Of a stretch of 64,000 bases of DNA, positions 25,542 to 40,380 are shown piece by piece. A program made the translations under genes and the position numbers. The DNA is from the human T2T-CHM13v2.0 reference genome, Homo sapiens. The stretch lies in assembly GCF_009914755.1 (NCBI RefSeq), contig NC_060936.1; one strand, written 5' to 3'. Every line of letters starts with the position of its first letter. Position 1 is the first letter of the stretch. The notes beneath the pieces were generated by a model. It saw nothing but the letters and a program-made list of their open reading frames with translations. It searched no databases and was not told the DNA's origin.

Positions 25542-28500
25542 ACAATTATTACCATATGTATTGAAAAAAGTGAACTATCTAGAAATAAGAAACATTGGAA
25601 TCTAGAAATTTTTGTGATTTATCTTCCTTTCAGCACCTTAAAGTCACACTCATGGACATTTTCAAACTGTCTCTATCAGTAAGTTTCATAGTACATTTTA
25701 CTTCTATGACCAAAATACTTTTACAATCATCATAGAAAGTACATAGAATATTCTTTTAGATTTCTTTTCTTACAATTTTGGTCACTTTTTCAACTGTTTT
25801 ACGTGTATATAATTGTAGAATACAAATATTAAGGAAAAAATAAAAAGAGTGAATGCTTGTGTGGCTTTGTGTTTCAAGAGACCAATTACATTTTAAGAAC
25901 AATAAACACTATTATACATTCTTGTTTTCTATATACTTCCTTCCTCCTTTCATTTTCAGGTTATTTCTGAACCAGTTATATGAAAATTTGGTTCCTTTTA
26001 AGAAGTTCCATAACTGTAACTACACTATTCTACTAAGAATTTCATTTTAACTACTGACATCACTGAATTAACATGAATTTGGTTTTAAGGAAAACATTGA
26101 TTTTTTTTTAAATTGGGTCTGTTTAATCACCCATAGCTTCCTCAGTTGGGCTAGTGACTATTATTCTTAATATATTTGCATATTTACATATATTTTGAGG
26201 AAATGTTGAAAACAATTATGTATGTAATTCATAGGGTCATATGACAGCTTTAAAATGTCATGTCTTAGATATTGCTATTAAAATTCAATTTAAGTCTTCA
26301 AGAGAGTTGACTAAATAAAATGAATTAAACCTAATATGGTTTACAGACGGCTTGGCATATAGTAAATGCTCAGTAAGTGGCAGCAATTATAAATAATTTA
26401 GAGTGGGAAATAATACTGTAATTCCCCCAGATATGTGAGTTCCTGTAATCAGATGCAGTTTACAATTGTGTTCTTGTATTCTAAAAATGTTTGAGACTAT
26501 TCAAAATGTAAAATCTCTTAGTAGACTTGATAGATGTTAAAAGTCACTATAGAAAGTTAAAAAGTAAAATAAATCATATTCTTAATAATACTGAGAAAAC
26601 TTTGTGGTATTATCGATTATTCTTTTTCTCTTTCTTGGCTTTCAACGTACTTCTACTCAGGTAAATGTATCCCATCTATCCATTCATTCATCCAACTTTT
26701 ATTAAGTGATGACAATATGATAGCACTTGGTCTAAATGATATGAGCAGACCTGCCTGAACTTGCCTTTTTTTGGTCAGGAGTGTCCTTCAAAATAATTCA
26801 ATTCTCTCTTACTCTTCATCTATGCCTCTGCCTTCATTCCTTCTGTACTGCAAAAACTTCGCTAGTAAAGAATAAATATTGATAACCTTATGTATGCCTT
26901 CTTTCAGAATATGATCTATAAACTCTGAATTTGCCCAGAGTGGCTAAACTATAAATTGAGATTATATATTTGATAAGTTAATTAAATGATGTTGAAATCT
27001 TTCTGATTAAAAGTCAGTACAGGTGAACGTTTTATTTCAACCCAGTACAAACATTTCTCACTTTCCTTTTCCCTTCCTCCAGCTGTACATGTCCCCTGCA
27101 AATGTGCCGTTTCTCTTGTTCATTCTATTCATCTTTTACGCCGTTCATTAAAATGTTACATTTTATACCCCGTATTGTTCACACTCTACAAGGTTTTTAT
27201 CACTTAGATAAAAGCAATCTACTTGATGCACAGCTGGTTTTCAGTATGATCTAATTGCTTTTGTGATATGACTAAGACACCTAATGCCACACAGAGCACT
27301 GCGGAGCTTTTTCACATATGTAAATTAAATTACTTGTAGATGAACTTGTTTTATAACATGTGTCTGAAAAGAGTTTCAGTTCATTTAGTCAGATACCTAA
27401 CATCAAATCCTACTGAGAATGTGCCTGCAATGACTACATATTTTTCATTTTATATCTCATATTCCTGATTTGAGTTTCTTATCACATATCTCTAATCCAT
27501 AATATTTTAATGAATACAAATGTTTTAAATGTTCATATCAAATTTCATACCTTTATCTTTGTGGTTTCTATTTTCCATTCCAATGTACTAATCAAAATTT
27601 GTAATCAAAGGAGTTTAACTGAGCTATACTTTTATTTGGCTTGCATAGCTATTTTATCATTATTAATGTACGACATATCATGTAAAGTCCGTGAACGTAT
27701 AATTCTGAAAACTAGCTGTTTGGTTTTAATTTTACATCCCTGCACCATTTTCAAGACATCACATGCTGTCATCTTGCTCTAGATCATATCTATTTTCACT
27801 TTCAAATTTAAAATTTTCAAGTTATACATTTTTATTAAATGCCTGCATGGTTTTTTACATAAGTGAAAATTGTTCAGCTTAACCTTATGAGGTATTTTGG
27901 GGTTAAAAAGAGGCACATGGAGTAGAAATAAAATAAAATAATGGCTCTACTAAAATTTTCACATAATTTCCTTCATCTTTCATTTTAGAAATTGAGGTTT
28001 TAGTGAAAAAATAAGCATGTTTACTACATCCATGACTTTGTATTATATTTGTCTAATGAAATATCAAGCAGAAACACGGGTTGGATGGGAACTAGTGGGA
28101 AAGAGACATTTTACAGATAAAACGAAATAAAACTACTGAAAAAGCACTTATTTCTAATATTTAAAATTAAGAACCTGGCATTGTTAGTGGAAAAAAAACC
28201 ACATTTATAGAAGTGTAAAAACCTTTCTATATAAAACTAGCTTATTTTACCCAAATTTAAATGGACATACATTTCACACAATTATTCCATCCTATCAGTG
28301 CAAGCATATGACATATTTGCTTGTAATTTACAAAAAAGGAGGTAACTATTTATAAGAACTGATTATTATAGCATAAAATCACTTAATAGAAGTTTTCAAG
28401 TTTTAAAAAGTGTAAAAATGTCTGAACTATGTGTAACAATAGAATAAATTAGATACTAATGAGTATTGGAAGCTTAGACAGATAGTCTAAGCAACTAAAA

Positions 28501-28797
28501 TGGAACCATAATGACAAAAATGGATCAAGAATATTGGTGAGAAAGATGCACAATCAGAAATTAGATAAGAGCAAACTACCATAGGATTCATCAAGTAGAA
28601 GTACCAGATGAAAAAGTTAAATAGGGTATAATCACCATGAAAGAACATAAGATAAATATGTTACATTTATGCATTCTGAATGTAAAGCTATTGGGGCAAA
28701 GTTTGGAAATATTTAATAAATATGCAAAATGCGGTCATGATTGAAATAATTCAGTCAACCCATATTCCAAAATATTTGCTTTATTTTAAAAATTATT

Positions 28798-29110
<313 letters not shown>

Positions 29111-29614
29111 AAAATTATGCACAAGAGATACATGGGAACCAAAAATTATAGAGAATATACATGAGAATAACAATGTTTAAAATAATTCATATAGATATTG
29201 ATATTAAACCATGTTCTAAAAGTAACCCTTTCTGTGTTGAATACAACATGAGATAACTAAAGTAGTTTAAATTTGCGAGAGTGGCATAAATTTCCCAATG
29301 TATATCTAGTGATAATCTATGAAAACAGAGAATATGGGTTAAACAAGATAAAGGTAAGTTCTGTGTAATCATAAAGCAATTAAATTATTCATCTATGTAG
29401 ATACTCTCACCTCTTCTAAAGTCTCCTTTAGGACCATAAATATATACATTGGACAGGTAATATTTCTTTTTAAATTATATTTGTACGTGGTAAATATTTT
29501 ACAAAATATTTTAATCAGACAGCTGAATGTTTAATTGTCCTCTAGATTAGCCCAGCATTGATGATAAAAAGAATTGATGATGATTATGCTGTGCTATATT
29601 TCTCAGTTCAGTAT

Positions 29615-29968
29615 TGATATGGTTTGGCTGTGTCCCCACCCAAATCTCACCTTGAATTGTAATAATCCCCATGTGTCAAGGGTGGGGCCACGTGGAAATA
29701 ACTGAATCACGGGAGAGTTGGTGTTCTCCGATACTATTCTTCTAGTGAATAAGTCTCATGAGATCTGATGGTTTTATAAATGGGCGTTCCCCTGCACAAG
29801 CTCTCTTGCCTGCTATCATGTAAGATGTGCCTTTCTTCTCCTTTGCCTTCAACCATGATTGAGGCCTCTCCAGCCATGTGGAACTGTGAGTCCATTAAAC
29901 TCTTTTTCTTTATAAATTACACAGTCTTGGGTATGTCTTCATTAGCAGTGTGAGAACTGACTAATACA
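29615..29968 (+). mobile_element. THE1 solo LTR (THE1B/C-like)
   Basis: TGATATGGTTTGGCTGTGTCCCCACCCAAATCTC...CTAATACA, 354 bp. Confidence 0.93.
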
Positions 29969-30352
29969 TCTATTCCATTAAAAAATAATAATTTTCATGT
30001 TTAATATACATAGATATGAGTGGTTTATTTGTCAGTATAAGCAAGAGAATTTTAAAAGATAAGACCAATGACTGAATTATTATCAGACAATATTGCTTCA
30101 ATTCTGATATTTAAAGGCAAATAGTATTTTGGTTTATGTATAATACAGTTGTAAGTAAATCCAAAAAGCACTGAATGATGCCCCACTATAAGCACAGAAT
30201 CTTCTAATATGTAGCAGACTATAAAAGAAACATCTTAGAATTTTAAGGTGTATAAAATCTAGTTGAAGAAGGAACATATGCTATAAAAGAGACCAGAAAC
30301 TCCATGGCACCATGGCACAGGATCTATAATTGTACTGAATATGATGATAGAG

Positions 30353-30353
<1 letters not shown>

Positions 30354-30396
<43 letters not shown>
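30354..30396. repeat. (TG)~21 microsatellite
   Basis: Uninterrupted TG run read directly. Confidence 0.98.
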
Positions 30397-30398
<2 letters not shown>

Positions 30399-31849
30399 TG
30401 GAAAGGTGTCAAGAAACGCTTCCTAGAATTAGTACTTGAAAGGAGTAGCTTTATCAACTGAAGCAGACGGTGAAAACTGTAAAGTTCTCCTGGAAAATGA
30501 GGCAACAAAAGTAAGGCATTGGGCTATGAAGTAGCTTGGGATGTCTAGGCTAAAAGCAATTTTGTGCTGTTGAAAAAGAAGAAAAGAGAGTCGGTCAAAA
30601 TGAATTTGAGAAGGCCGGAAGGATCCAATTCTTTTCAAGTGTGGCAGCGTATGCCATTTGAGGAGTTTAGAATTTAGGAAATGGGAAGGTTATGATAAAG
30701 TTCAAACAGAGGATAACATGCTTGTATTTAATTTTTAGCATCACAATTCTGGAATGAGTATGGAAAAGTGGACTTAGCATTTCATTTCCAGTATCCAGCA
30801 GACTAAGAATTATCCAAACAACTCTCTCCATTGAAGAAACTATAGTGCCAAATAAAATATAATAAAAATATAACATTGTTAACAAACAAAAGCAATAATT
30901 TTGAAAGAGAAAAATGAGGATATCCTAGAGATAAGCAAATGTTAGTGCCAACTTAAACACTAAGTATACTGTAGTTGCCAAAAAAAATAGAGTCTTGAGT
31001 TGTTACCTAGGTAATACCAAAGGACAGATAACAGGATATAAGTGTTTAGCTTTTACTTTTGTGTATGATGGAGTAGTTTGAATCTAACTGATTTTCAATT
31101 TAATAACAATTACAGAAGCAGAGGGGGGCACATAACTACTTGATGACACTGGGGAGCAATTAGGAAATGGAGTCAGGAAAGAGAGTGACTGTAATGCTTG
31201 AAACAAAAGAAACATACAATAGGCTCCACATTGATCCACATTTGTCCTTGAGGCGACCTTCCAGTTTGTTCCATTCTAGTGGCACAAACAGAGATGAGTG
31301 GTCTTATTGGTCTGAGGAGACAACAGGTTGGAATTCACAGGTGCCAGAGGACTTGGAAATTAGAGAACAAAATCCTGAGACAACGGGACCAGAAGCTTGA
31401 CGTTTGGAGAATACATTAAATATTTGTATTTAACTCATGCCTGAGAATTAGAGGAAAGTTTTCTCTGGAGTCAACAGAGTGATTAAACGTAGTTACAATG
31501 GAATCCAGCTGTGTTGTCCAACATCTGCATGTCAGAGGTATTGTTTCCTGTAGACCTTATTTGGACTTTATGGGAGGTTGTCTAGAGGTCATTTAGGAGG
31601 TTTTTCTTCCAGAGAAAGTGTCCTCAGCCTACAGAAGAGAATCACTGGAAGTAAGATAGGAAAAGAGCATTCCAGAGGCTATGCATTGCCCTTTAAAACT
31701 ATAAGAATGTTTCTGACACTAGAGAACCTCCAAAAATCTGAAAATATCTCCATACACAAAAAAGACAGCTTTAAATACCCGTTAAGCCTGGAGAACTCCA
31801 ATATCCAATCACAAGGCGATAGAGGCACTTTTTGTTCCGAACTTTTCCA

Positions 31850-32208
31850 CTCTCGCTACAATTCCCTCTCACTCTGCTTGGACTCTGCCATGTAAGAAGT
31901 CTCACTATCCCGTGGCTTCTACGCTGGAAAGGAAGCTCCTCAGTTAACTGCCCAAATTTTTAGCCAACAGCCAAGATTAATGGCCAGTCATACAAATGAG
32001 TCATCTTGGATATGTATCTAGCATAGTGGGCTCTAAAATACTGCAGCCTCAGCTACCATCTGACTACAGCGACTCAGATACCAAAAACATGAACACTGCA
32101 GGCAAGGCTTTTCCAAATGTGTGACCTATAAAATCGTGCACAAAACAAATAGTTTTTTAATCACTAATTTTTCGAGGAATTTTGTATATATCAATAGTAA
32201 TTAGAACA
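31850..32208 (+). mobile_element. MLT1H-like LTR
   Basis: GCCATGTAAGAAGTC...CTGCAGCCTCAGCTACCATCTGACTACAGC...ATAGTAATTAGAACA. Confidence 0.65.
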
Positions 32209-32289
32209 AGAAATCTCTGATCATCCGGATTATTCAGGAAATATTTGCTGCCCATTGATGTTAAAGTTAGTCATAAGATTTGCTTTGGC

Positions 32290-32565
32290 CAAAGAAAAGA
32301 CGTGAAATGAGCTTGTACATTGGATTTTGCTCTCTTGCATCTCTGACTTTGTAATGAGAAAATAGTTGTGCCCCTTTAGATTGGACCACAGAATTAACAC
32401 ATTAGTAGCAGTGAGGACCCAATTCCAAGCAGACATACAGCCTGAGAAACAGCTACCTACTAGATGTAAGTCTGCAGACATTAATGATAATTCCTTACTG
32501 TTTTATTTCAATGAGATTCTGTGACTGTTAGGCAGGATTTTTGCAACAGTAGTAGCCTGGTAACA
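32290..32565 (+). mobile_element. Old MLT1 (I/J-like) LTR fragment
   Basis: ...TTACTGTTTTATTTCAATGAGATTCTGTGACTGTT...AGTAGCCTGGTAACA. Confidence 0.45.
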
Positions 32566-34619
32566 GAACTTAATCTGAAAACAATATACATGTATTATTT
32601 GGAGTGGAGTTGAAAATCAGATGGGGGGAAACTACGGGTCAGTTAAAGTAATGAAGCAGTGATGACATAAAGCTTGTGATCGAGGAAGGTTCCTATAAGA
32701 ATTGTAGCTACCTGTAAAAACTTACAATTTCTTCTTTGAAACAAAGGAAAGAAAGCAGTGATTCCAGAAAGTGAGACAGCTATGAAAGAAGGCTGGGTTT
32801 CTAGGATAAAGGTTATAGACTGCGCATGATCGCAGGAAACTATTGTCACACATTTTAAACTCACCCACAGAAGATTTTACAATTTATGGCAAGTAAAATA
32901 TACTGGGGACTATAGCTAGTGACCTCATCTACATTCCTCTAGCCATTACATTTTTCTATTGGAAAGGTACATATTGTTGTAGCTCACAGACATGAAGCGT
33001 GATCTCATGTGGACTCTCCAACCTCCATTTTATCTTAATTAAGGCAAGAAACTCTATGCTTTCCCTACTTCTGTAAGGTCAGAATATAGGCTGCATAACC
33101 ATATTCTGTAACAAGTAATTGAACACATTTGTGTTATAATTGTCCAGCACTAGTTTTAAACCTGACCATTAAACAGTCATAACTGTATTATGTGAGGTCT
33201 TTGCTACCATTAACAGATTATAATTTTGTTCTTTGAAAGGGTAGCTTGATTTTAAGAGTAGTTGTCCTGAGAGAACTAATTTTTTTACTTCTTAAACAAG
33301 TATTGGGATTTTCCTATGCTAAGAAATAACAGATCCTCTCTTAAATATGAAAGATGACTTGAACGACCCATTTGTAAATGTTAGTGTTCAACCATAAAAT
33401 ACTTTCATTTGCAAGAGCTCAGACAGCTGCCCCCTGACTAATCAAACTTAGTTGTTGTACAACTGAATATGCTAATTTTTTATTTTTTCATGTTGATTTT
33501 CATAGTAACACTCCATAAATATCATGTTTTTACTTTAGGGCCTTTTACACTAACAGGGACTACGAGAGGGTTAATTTGGTTTTGTTAAAATAAGTAGACC
33601 TTACCTAATAGGACTTACTCCAGTCTAAAATTTTCTATTACCTAATTTCCTTTTAACCTCATTTATGGGCCTAATTATCAGAAAAAATATACACATAAAA
33701 AAATTTAGTGCAGCCTAAATTTAGTGCAGCTGCCTTAAATTATATTTGGATCAATATGAAAAAGCCACAAGAGAAAAAAAAAGATGGCCCTATGATGACA
33801 ATAAAGATGGTTTCAGTGTTTGTTCATATTTATTATTTTGAAAACTTGGGGTCATTTAATTAAGTCACCTTATCTTTTGCCTTAAATTCTTAAAAAGACA
33901 GCCATATTAATTCAGCCAAAGAATTACTTTGGAATTTTAAAAGTCTATTGATTTGTTTTCTTCTAAAATCTCTTCAATGAAATCTATCCTTGGAGAATTC
34001 TATAAAAAGAACAAAAGATGTCTTTGCAGTCTTGGCTCTTTCAGACACTTGGCAGTTTAATGACTCATTGTACTTATAAATGTCTCTGATTAAGCCCTTT
34101 TATTTTTATTCTGTAATTTAATTTATAACACTACATTTCACACAAAATTTTCTCATCCCTGCTACTTGATTTACCACTAAGTGTCCACTTATGCAGCGGA
34201 CAGTCTCAAAAACATCAGATATGTTTTCTCTACTTGACCTCTGATAATCTTGTATAATACATCTGTTCTTTCAAATGAACAGTGACGTGATTTTTTTGCA
34301 TATAAGATATATTTAATATGGTGTATGAAATCATTTAAGTAAAAATCAAACTTCAGTTGCAGATACAGTGATATTGATAAATATTACTAAAGAATGAAAG
34401 TAAATATTAATTGTATCCCTTAAACACAATTTTATTTGGATCTTGTAGAGTGACGTAACATTGACATGGCTGGTTTGTTTACTGGGGCATTAAAGTTTCC
34501 CAAAGCTTAGTTTGTTATAGCAGATCAGAAAATGTTGAAATATGATTTTATATAGTATTCTTTTTACTGAGTGTTCAAATATGACTTTGCACTAAAGCAC
34601 AAGTTGCAATAGATATGAA

Positions 34620-35290
34620 ATTATGACACAAATTGCCAGACCAAAATATAATTTTCCAAAGAATAGCTATGACACTTGGTTCGAAGACCAGTCTGTTCAC
34701 CTATAGGTGAACCCCCTCACCTATTCTGAGAAAATAAAATAATCAAAGCAATTTCACAAAGAAGTTTTCTTTGGTGAGGGCTTTTGCTTCACCTTTGAAT
34801 TGGGTGTATGACTCCTACCTGGAAAATCTAGAGAACAAGGAATGTTTCAGTGGCAGATCCAAGGAATACCATTGCCATGGGATAGTTCTGCACCCTAGGA
34901 GTTTTCAGACGTGTTACATAAATGTTTCCCAGGGATGACAGTCTTGCATACTGGGGAGCAGAAGGAAGCTGGAGCTGTGACTCTTGATACCTAGGGGCTG
35001 AGGAATGGGTCACAAATCATCAGCCACATCAGGCAATTTCAGGGGAGAGGGACCCAGCAGATATCCCTCCTGAAGGCCCGGAAAGAGTTCTCTTTAACTA
35101 TCTGCCAGACCCCAGAAGCTAGAAAGAATCTACAAATGAAGATTATTACCCCATTACTTTCCCTCTCCTCCCTCCCTCTATGCTGAATGTGATGGAAGAC
35201 AGAATTGAAGCTAACTGTGGTGAATCCACCTGAAACAAAATATATTACAAGATTTCCATAATTATCATATTAGTACAAATTCATTTTAAT
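34620..35290. mobile_element. Probable ancient LTR (Gypsy/ERVL-type); family not resolved
   Basis: GC-richer, purine-rich island inside AT-rich DNA, with CAGTGGCAGATCCAAGGAATACCATTGCCATGG and GGGACCCAGCAGATATCCCTC-type motifs. Confidence 0.35.
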
Positions 35291-35499
35291 CAATGTCAGG
35301 GCTCGGACTTAACTGGAGAACTGGAGCTTCAAATCAAAGGAATAGTAATTTGCTTTTCATAAGATTTTTGATTCAACAGCCATTGACTATTAGCTTTTGA
35401 AAAGGAATACTATGTCTTACATGTTTGTTCTTTCCCTGATTATGCCTAACATGAAATAGATTCACCTTTAAATGTTTGGTAACTGATCCACTTGTGGAG

Positions 35500-35720
35500 G
35501 CAAAATGTGGTTTAGAATAATTAAACATTCAAAATGGTAAAAGTTAATATTTCTAGTTATATACATGCTACGAGGGAGGTTATTATTTTCTCCAGTATCA
35601 GAAAAGGAAATAAATGCTGAGAAACTTTCATTTCCCCAAAACACATTTCTGGCAGAGCTAGAAGTGAACGTTAGCTTGACTGACTTCAAAGGCTACCCCT
35701 TTTCCACCACATTGCATCAG
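35500..35720 (-). mobile_element. MIR
   Basis: GAGGTTATTATTTTCTCCAGT...GGAAATAAATGCTGAGA...GGCAGAGCTAGAAGTGAAC...CTGACTTCAAAG. Confidence 0.55.
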
Positions 35721-35981
35721 CCATAGTGAGCCAAATTAATTAACTTACAAACCTACATATGCACTAATGTAGCGAATTAGAACAAAATCAAGCTGATCAT
35801 ATAACATCCAGCTAGGTCCCCTTACAATATCTTTGATAAAACACAAAACCAAACACCAGTATCTCTCGGAGCTTACCCATTTGATTGGTTTAAACAAAAC
35901 TGTGTTTTAATTTGTGTGGTTTGTTACAAAACCAAGAAAATTCTGGAACTAATTTGTCTTAAAATATTTATAACAGATAGA

Positions 35982-36170
35982 ATCCATTCATTCACATCTA
36001 TATTCACTGATTCATTAAGTATTTGTTAGGTCAGCTATGTGCCCGGCACTGTTCTTTTCTCTAGAATTCAGCTGTGAACAAGATAAAAATTCCTCTTTTC
36101 ATGTAACTTACATTTTTATGGGAGAGGCAGACAATAATCATAAATAAATGAACAAGCAAATAAGATTTGT
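35982..36170 (-). mobile_element. L2 3' end
   Basis: CATTCATTCA...AAGTATTTGTTAGGTCAGCTATGTGCCCGGCACTGTTCT...GTGAACAAGATA. Confidence 0.7.
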
Positions 36171-38199
36171 AAGTGGAATTCAACTTACTAAATAAAAGCC
36201 TTCCATTTAATAGATATTTTCAAAAACAGAATATCATAATTAAATAAGTTCTAAAGCAGTTGTTCATTATATAAGCGTTAAAAAATGTTGATTCATTGGT
36301 TTTATATATATTTGATCTTACTGAGAGAAAAGTACTAAAAGATAGTGCCTTCATGTTATTCATGGATACTAACTCAATATTCTTAGCAGCAATATCTTAA
36401 AAGACCACAAGATGGTGACATTACTCTATACATACAAATCTTTAACTCAAATGTTAAAAACCTTCAGTTTTTCCAAAGCAAAACCTAAAGTTTTTACTAT
36501 TCTGAAAACAAACAAAGGATTTCAAAAGCAACTGTTGCAATCATGTTAAATAGTGATTTTCCTATTTATATTTTTTAAAATCTATGAGCTGTTTTAAAAC
36601 AGCACTATGACTAAGTCAATCAACCAGAGATTTGGCAAGCATTAAGGTTTCACTCTTAAAATTTGCTACCCAAATTATGGTGGCTTGTCTGTTACATTCA
36701 CACACAAAATTTTTTCTCATTGTGTATTTGCCTCTTTTTTGGACTTCCTTTGGTTGTCCTTGATAACAAATTGTAGAGTGGTTGAGTATATATCAAAATA
36801 ACAAAATATTTTCACATCAAAAGAGATTATTACATTGATGGTTTCTGTTTATATTAAATAAATTACTTGTTTCAGGACGATATTTATAATTGTCAACAGC
36901 TAAGAATTCCAACTAGCAAAACATTCCAAAATAATTAAATATGTCTCCTCATTACATCGGATGTGTTCTTTTGTCTATTGACTTGCCTGCATCAACTCCG
37001 CATCCGACTTCACTCCTTACCTTCACCTCTGAATCACAGAAGAATCCCTTTCCAAGATGGTCCTAGGTCAAAATCTGACAATGGGAGGATCTCAGTTGAG
37101 ATCTGAGAAGAAAAGACGGAAGGCTTTTTTTCTGATGACAGTTGCAAACAAGGGATATGGCTAAGTAGCAAATGGGAGGTTTGCAGCAATATCCAAAACA
37201 ATTTCTGTAAATCATGCATCTCAGTGCTTACGGGCACCTGGGATCTGCAGGTTTTCCCAAGATTGTTCAAGGTAATAACATTTTGTATGGGGGTTCTGCA
37301 AATTTCACATTTGAGGGTTGTAGGCAGCTGAAAACATGGCCTGCAATGTAATTTTTATAGCCTCTAGCAGCAATTTTTCTGACCTTTACTCCCCAGTCCA
37401 GTTCAATGGATGCACAAACCTCTAATTTCCTGTGTTACAGCCAATACTTCTTGGAATACATAAAGTGCATCTGCTTTCTGCATTTAACTCAGACTAATAT
37501 ACCACCATAAATTCCAAAGAAGTAAAATGAGAACAGACCATGTGAAACTGTTTCTATGTTTAAATTACCAAACTTAAGTGCATACGATGACATAACAATT
37601 TCAGAAGTATAGTTCTAATAATAATCCCAACCAACCCTTCTGTCAAAAACAAGCAAGGGACACAGATCCATAGTGACTGTGAATTCCTGCTGGCAATTTT
37701 GCAAGAGAGCTTTTCTTGATGATAAGGAGTGTTCCTTAGACTCTTAGGCTTGTTTCCTGGGAGTTGCCTCCCAGTCCTTATTCTTTTGATTTTATTCTCT
37801 GGATATTGTGGGTTTTTTGTTTTGTTTTGTTTTTTTCTCCTCAGCTACATCTGAAGAGCAATGCCTCTTGTGAGCAGACACGTAGGAAACTTAGGCCATT
37901 ATACATCTTGAAGAGACACTCTTAATTCGGGCTGGTTGTGCTTGGCAGTATAATCCTCTCAAACATTATTGAACTTTTGTCCATTTTATTTGTCTAAGTG
38001 TTGGAAATGTGCCAAGAGAAACACCCACAATTATTTTCATGACAAGGCTCTGTCTAAAGTCATCAGGCTTTCTTGGGTGAGCCAAACTCTTAGTCATTTT
38101 GCTTTGAGCTATTTTCCTCAACTGACACATTTACTAGGATCACGTTGATCCATTTAGTGTTTTTAATAAAGGGCATTATGAACACACCTTGAATTGAAT

Positions 38200-39525
38200 T
38201 TTGTTTGTAGATTGAAATTTAATCAGCCTTTGTTGCTCAGAGTATTTTTAAATGAATCTTTAACTGATTAGGTATGCAGAGTTGTATCTTTCAATATTGC
38301 AAGATTATCTCTAATAAATTGCATTTTCCAATTATTCAATGCTAAAGTATGAAAATACAGCAAACTTTTATATTGTCTGGTATCCATAAACTTTGATATA
38401 CTGTCTTTCAATTATAATTATCACCTTTAGAGTCTACATACAAAGGTATATTGTTTTTATTATTGAATATATTATTTTGTTTAATACTTACAACTCTGTA
38501 TTTTTTATTTACTTTTTTGTCTTATTTTACTGGCCAGGACACTCAGTACAATGATGAATGAAAATCATGTAGTCTTCATTTATTCAATATGTTACAGACA
38601 AAACTATCAATGTGTCAACATTAGATATGAGACTGGCAATAGGTTTTCACATAAACATTTTATAAAGAAAGTTTCTCTCCACTCCTAGTTAAAACAAAAA
38701 AAAATTTGATTGCCCAATATAAACCCAACTTTCTCATTTATATATTATGCTTTTAAACATAGTATGATGAGAGTTTTTAAAAATATTTTGTGTAAAATAT
38801 TTGCATTTCTGTTTTAAAGAAAAGGAGCCTATGATGTTTACTTCTTGAAAAGTCATTGTCAGGATATTGTACCAAGGTTTTGCTGCTCTCATTAATGAGT
38901 TTAAAAGCTGTCCCTCTTTTTCTACTCTATGAAAGTCTTTAAGTTTGATACATTTTTTTCCTTAAATATTCAGTGCAATTCACTGGAAATGTCTTGAAAT
39001 TTTTGAATTTGAAGATCTCACATTATGGTTTCATTCTGTAACAGTTTTTAAATCAAGATTTTCCCAACTCTTTTTATTTCTGTTTTGGTTAAGTTCTATA
39101 TTTAAATAAATGTGCATATTTTATCTAAATTTCCGAATTTATTAACCTATACTTGTTCATACAATTCTCTTTATAAATGAATAATATTTGGTGATGTCTC
39201 CTTTTATGCTCTTGATGTTAATTTAAAAATGTTTTCTTTTCTCTCTTTTTCCAGATCTAGTGATCTGGAGGCTTATTAAGTTTTAGTGCCTTTTTTTGAA
39301 CCAAACTTTGCCTTATTTAATGTTTACTAGTTTGTGTTGTCTATTTCATTAATTTAATTCATTAATAATTTTCTCAATTTATTCACTTACTTCCACTAAT
39401 TTATTCTCTTACCTTTATTATTTTTCTTCTTTTGTTTTCTTTGATTATATTTTGCTGTTAATTTAGATTACTGATCTTCAGGTTTTCCTCTTTTCAAATA
39501 TTTCTATTTTAGCTATATATTTCTA
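38200..39525 (-). mobile_element. Ancient L1M (ORF2 region)
   Basis: T-rich; TTTTACTGGCCAGGACACTCAGTACAATGATGAAT, TTGTACCAAGGTTTTGCTGCTCTCATTAATGAGTT and TTGTCTATTTCATTAATTT match antisense old L1. Confidence 0.7.
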
Positions 39526-40147
39526 AAAGAAAGGAGTCAGAGAAAAAAGAGCTGTCAAAAATTAAGAGTGATGAACTACGTAATAATGCTAAAGAGGTCA
39601 AGTAAAATAGTAAGAACTATTCAATGCACTTGATATTAAAAATTAAATTGCTGTGTATTCAGAAATATTTTAATGAGATAACTGATAATTCTATTATTGC
39701 TTCATCCATGATTAAATTCATGCCTTTTCTAGCAATCAAGCCTTGGCCCTAGATGGAAAATTCCATAAGGTTATCAGTGGCCTCATTCAAAGCAAACCCT
39801 TGTCTCGTTAATGTTTGTTATCACCATATTTCTACTTTGTTTGCACCAAATTGTTTCTTCATAGAATTTTGTGGTATAGAAAAGTAAATCAATATAATTT
39901 TCTGAGCATGTTGGGAATATTCTCAATAAAGCAACTCTAAATATATTCAGACTTTTTAAGTAAAAAATTTTATTTCTATGAATTAAAAATTCAGAATTAT
40001 CTGTAATAGTTTATGCATGGGAATATTTATTCACTATGTTAAATCAAATTTCTAAACATATTAGAGCTTAAAAGGCAATAATGTCATATTAACAATTAAA
40101 ATCTAGATGAATATTCAGGTGATATGTAAAAATTGTATAATGACCTA

Positions 40148-40380
40148 TTGCTATGATCTGAATGTGTCCGCTAAAATTCATATGTTGAAATTTGATTGCC
40201 AATGTAATGGCAAATAAGTGAGGCCTTTAGGAGGTAGTTAAATCATGAGGAAAGTGTAATCATAGACGGAATTAAGGATCTTATTTAAAAATGTGAGGAA
40301 GTGGGTTTGCTCTCTTTTGCTCTTCTGCCATGCAGTGACAGAATGTTCATCCACTTTTGCCCTTTCCAGCCCTTTCAAAC
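40148..40380 (+). mobile_element. MST/MLT1A-type LTR, 5' fragment
   Basis: TGCTATGATCTGAATGTGTCCGCTAAAATTCATATGTTGAAATTTGATTGCCAATGT. Confidence 0.75.

Noticed and set aside
37030-37450. Possible old LTR33/LTR16-like LTR
   Set aside because: Only a short motif resemblance (CAATGGGAGG...GAGATCTGAGAAG); boundaries and family cannot be supported.
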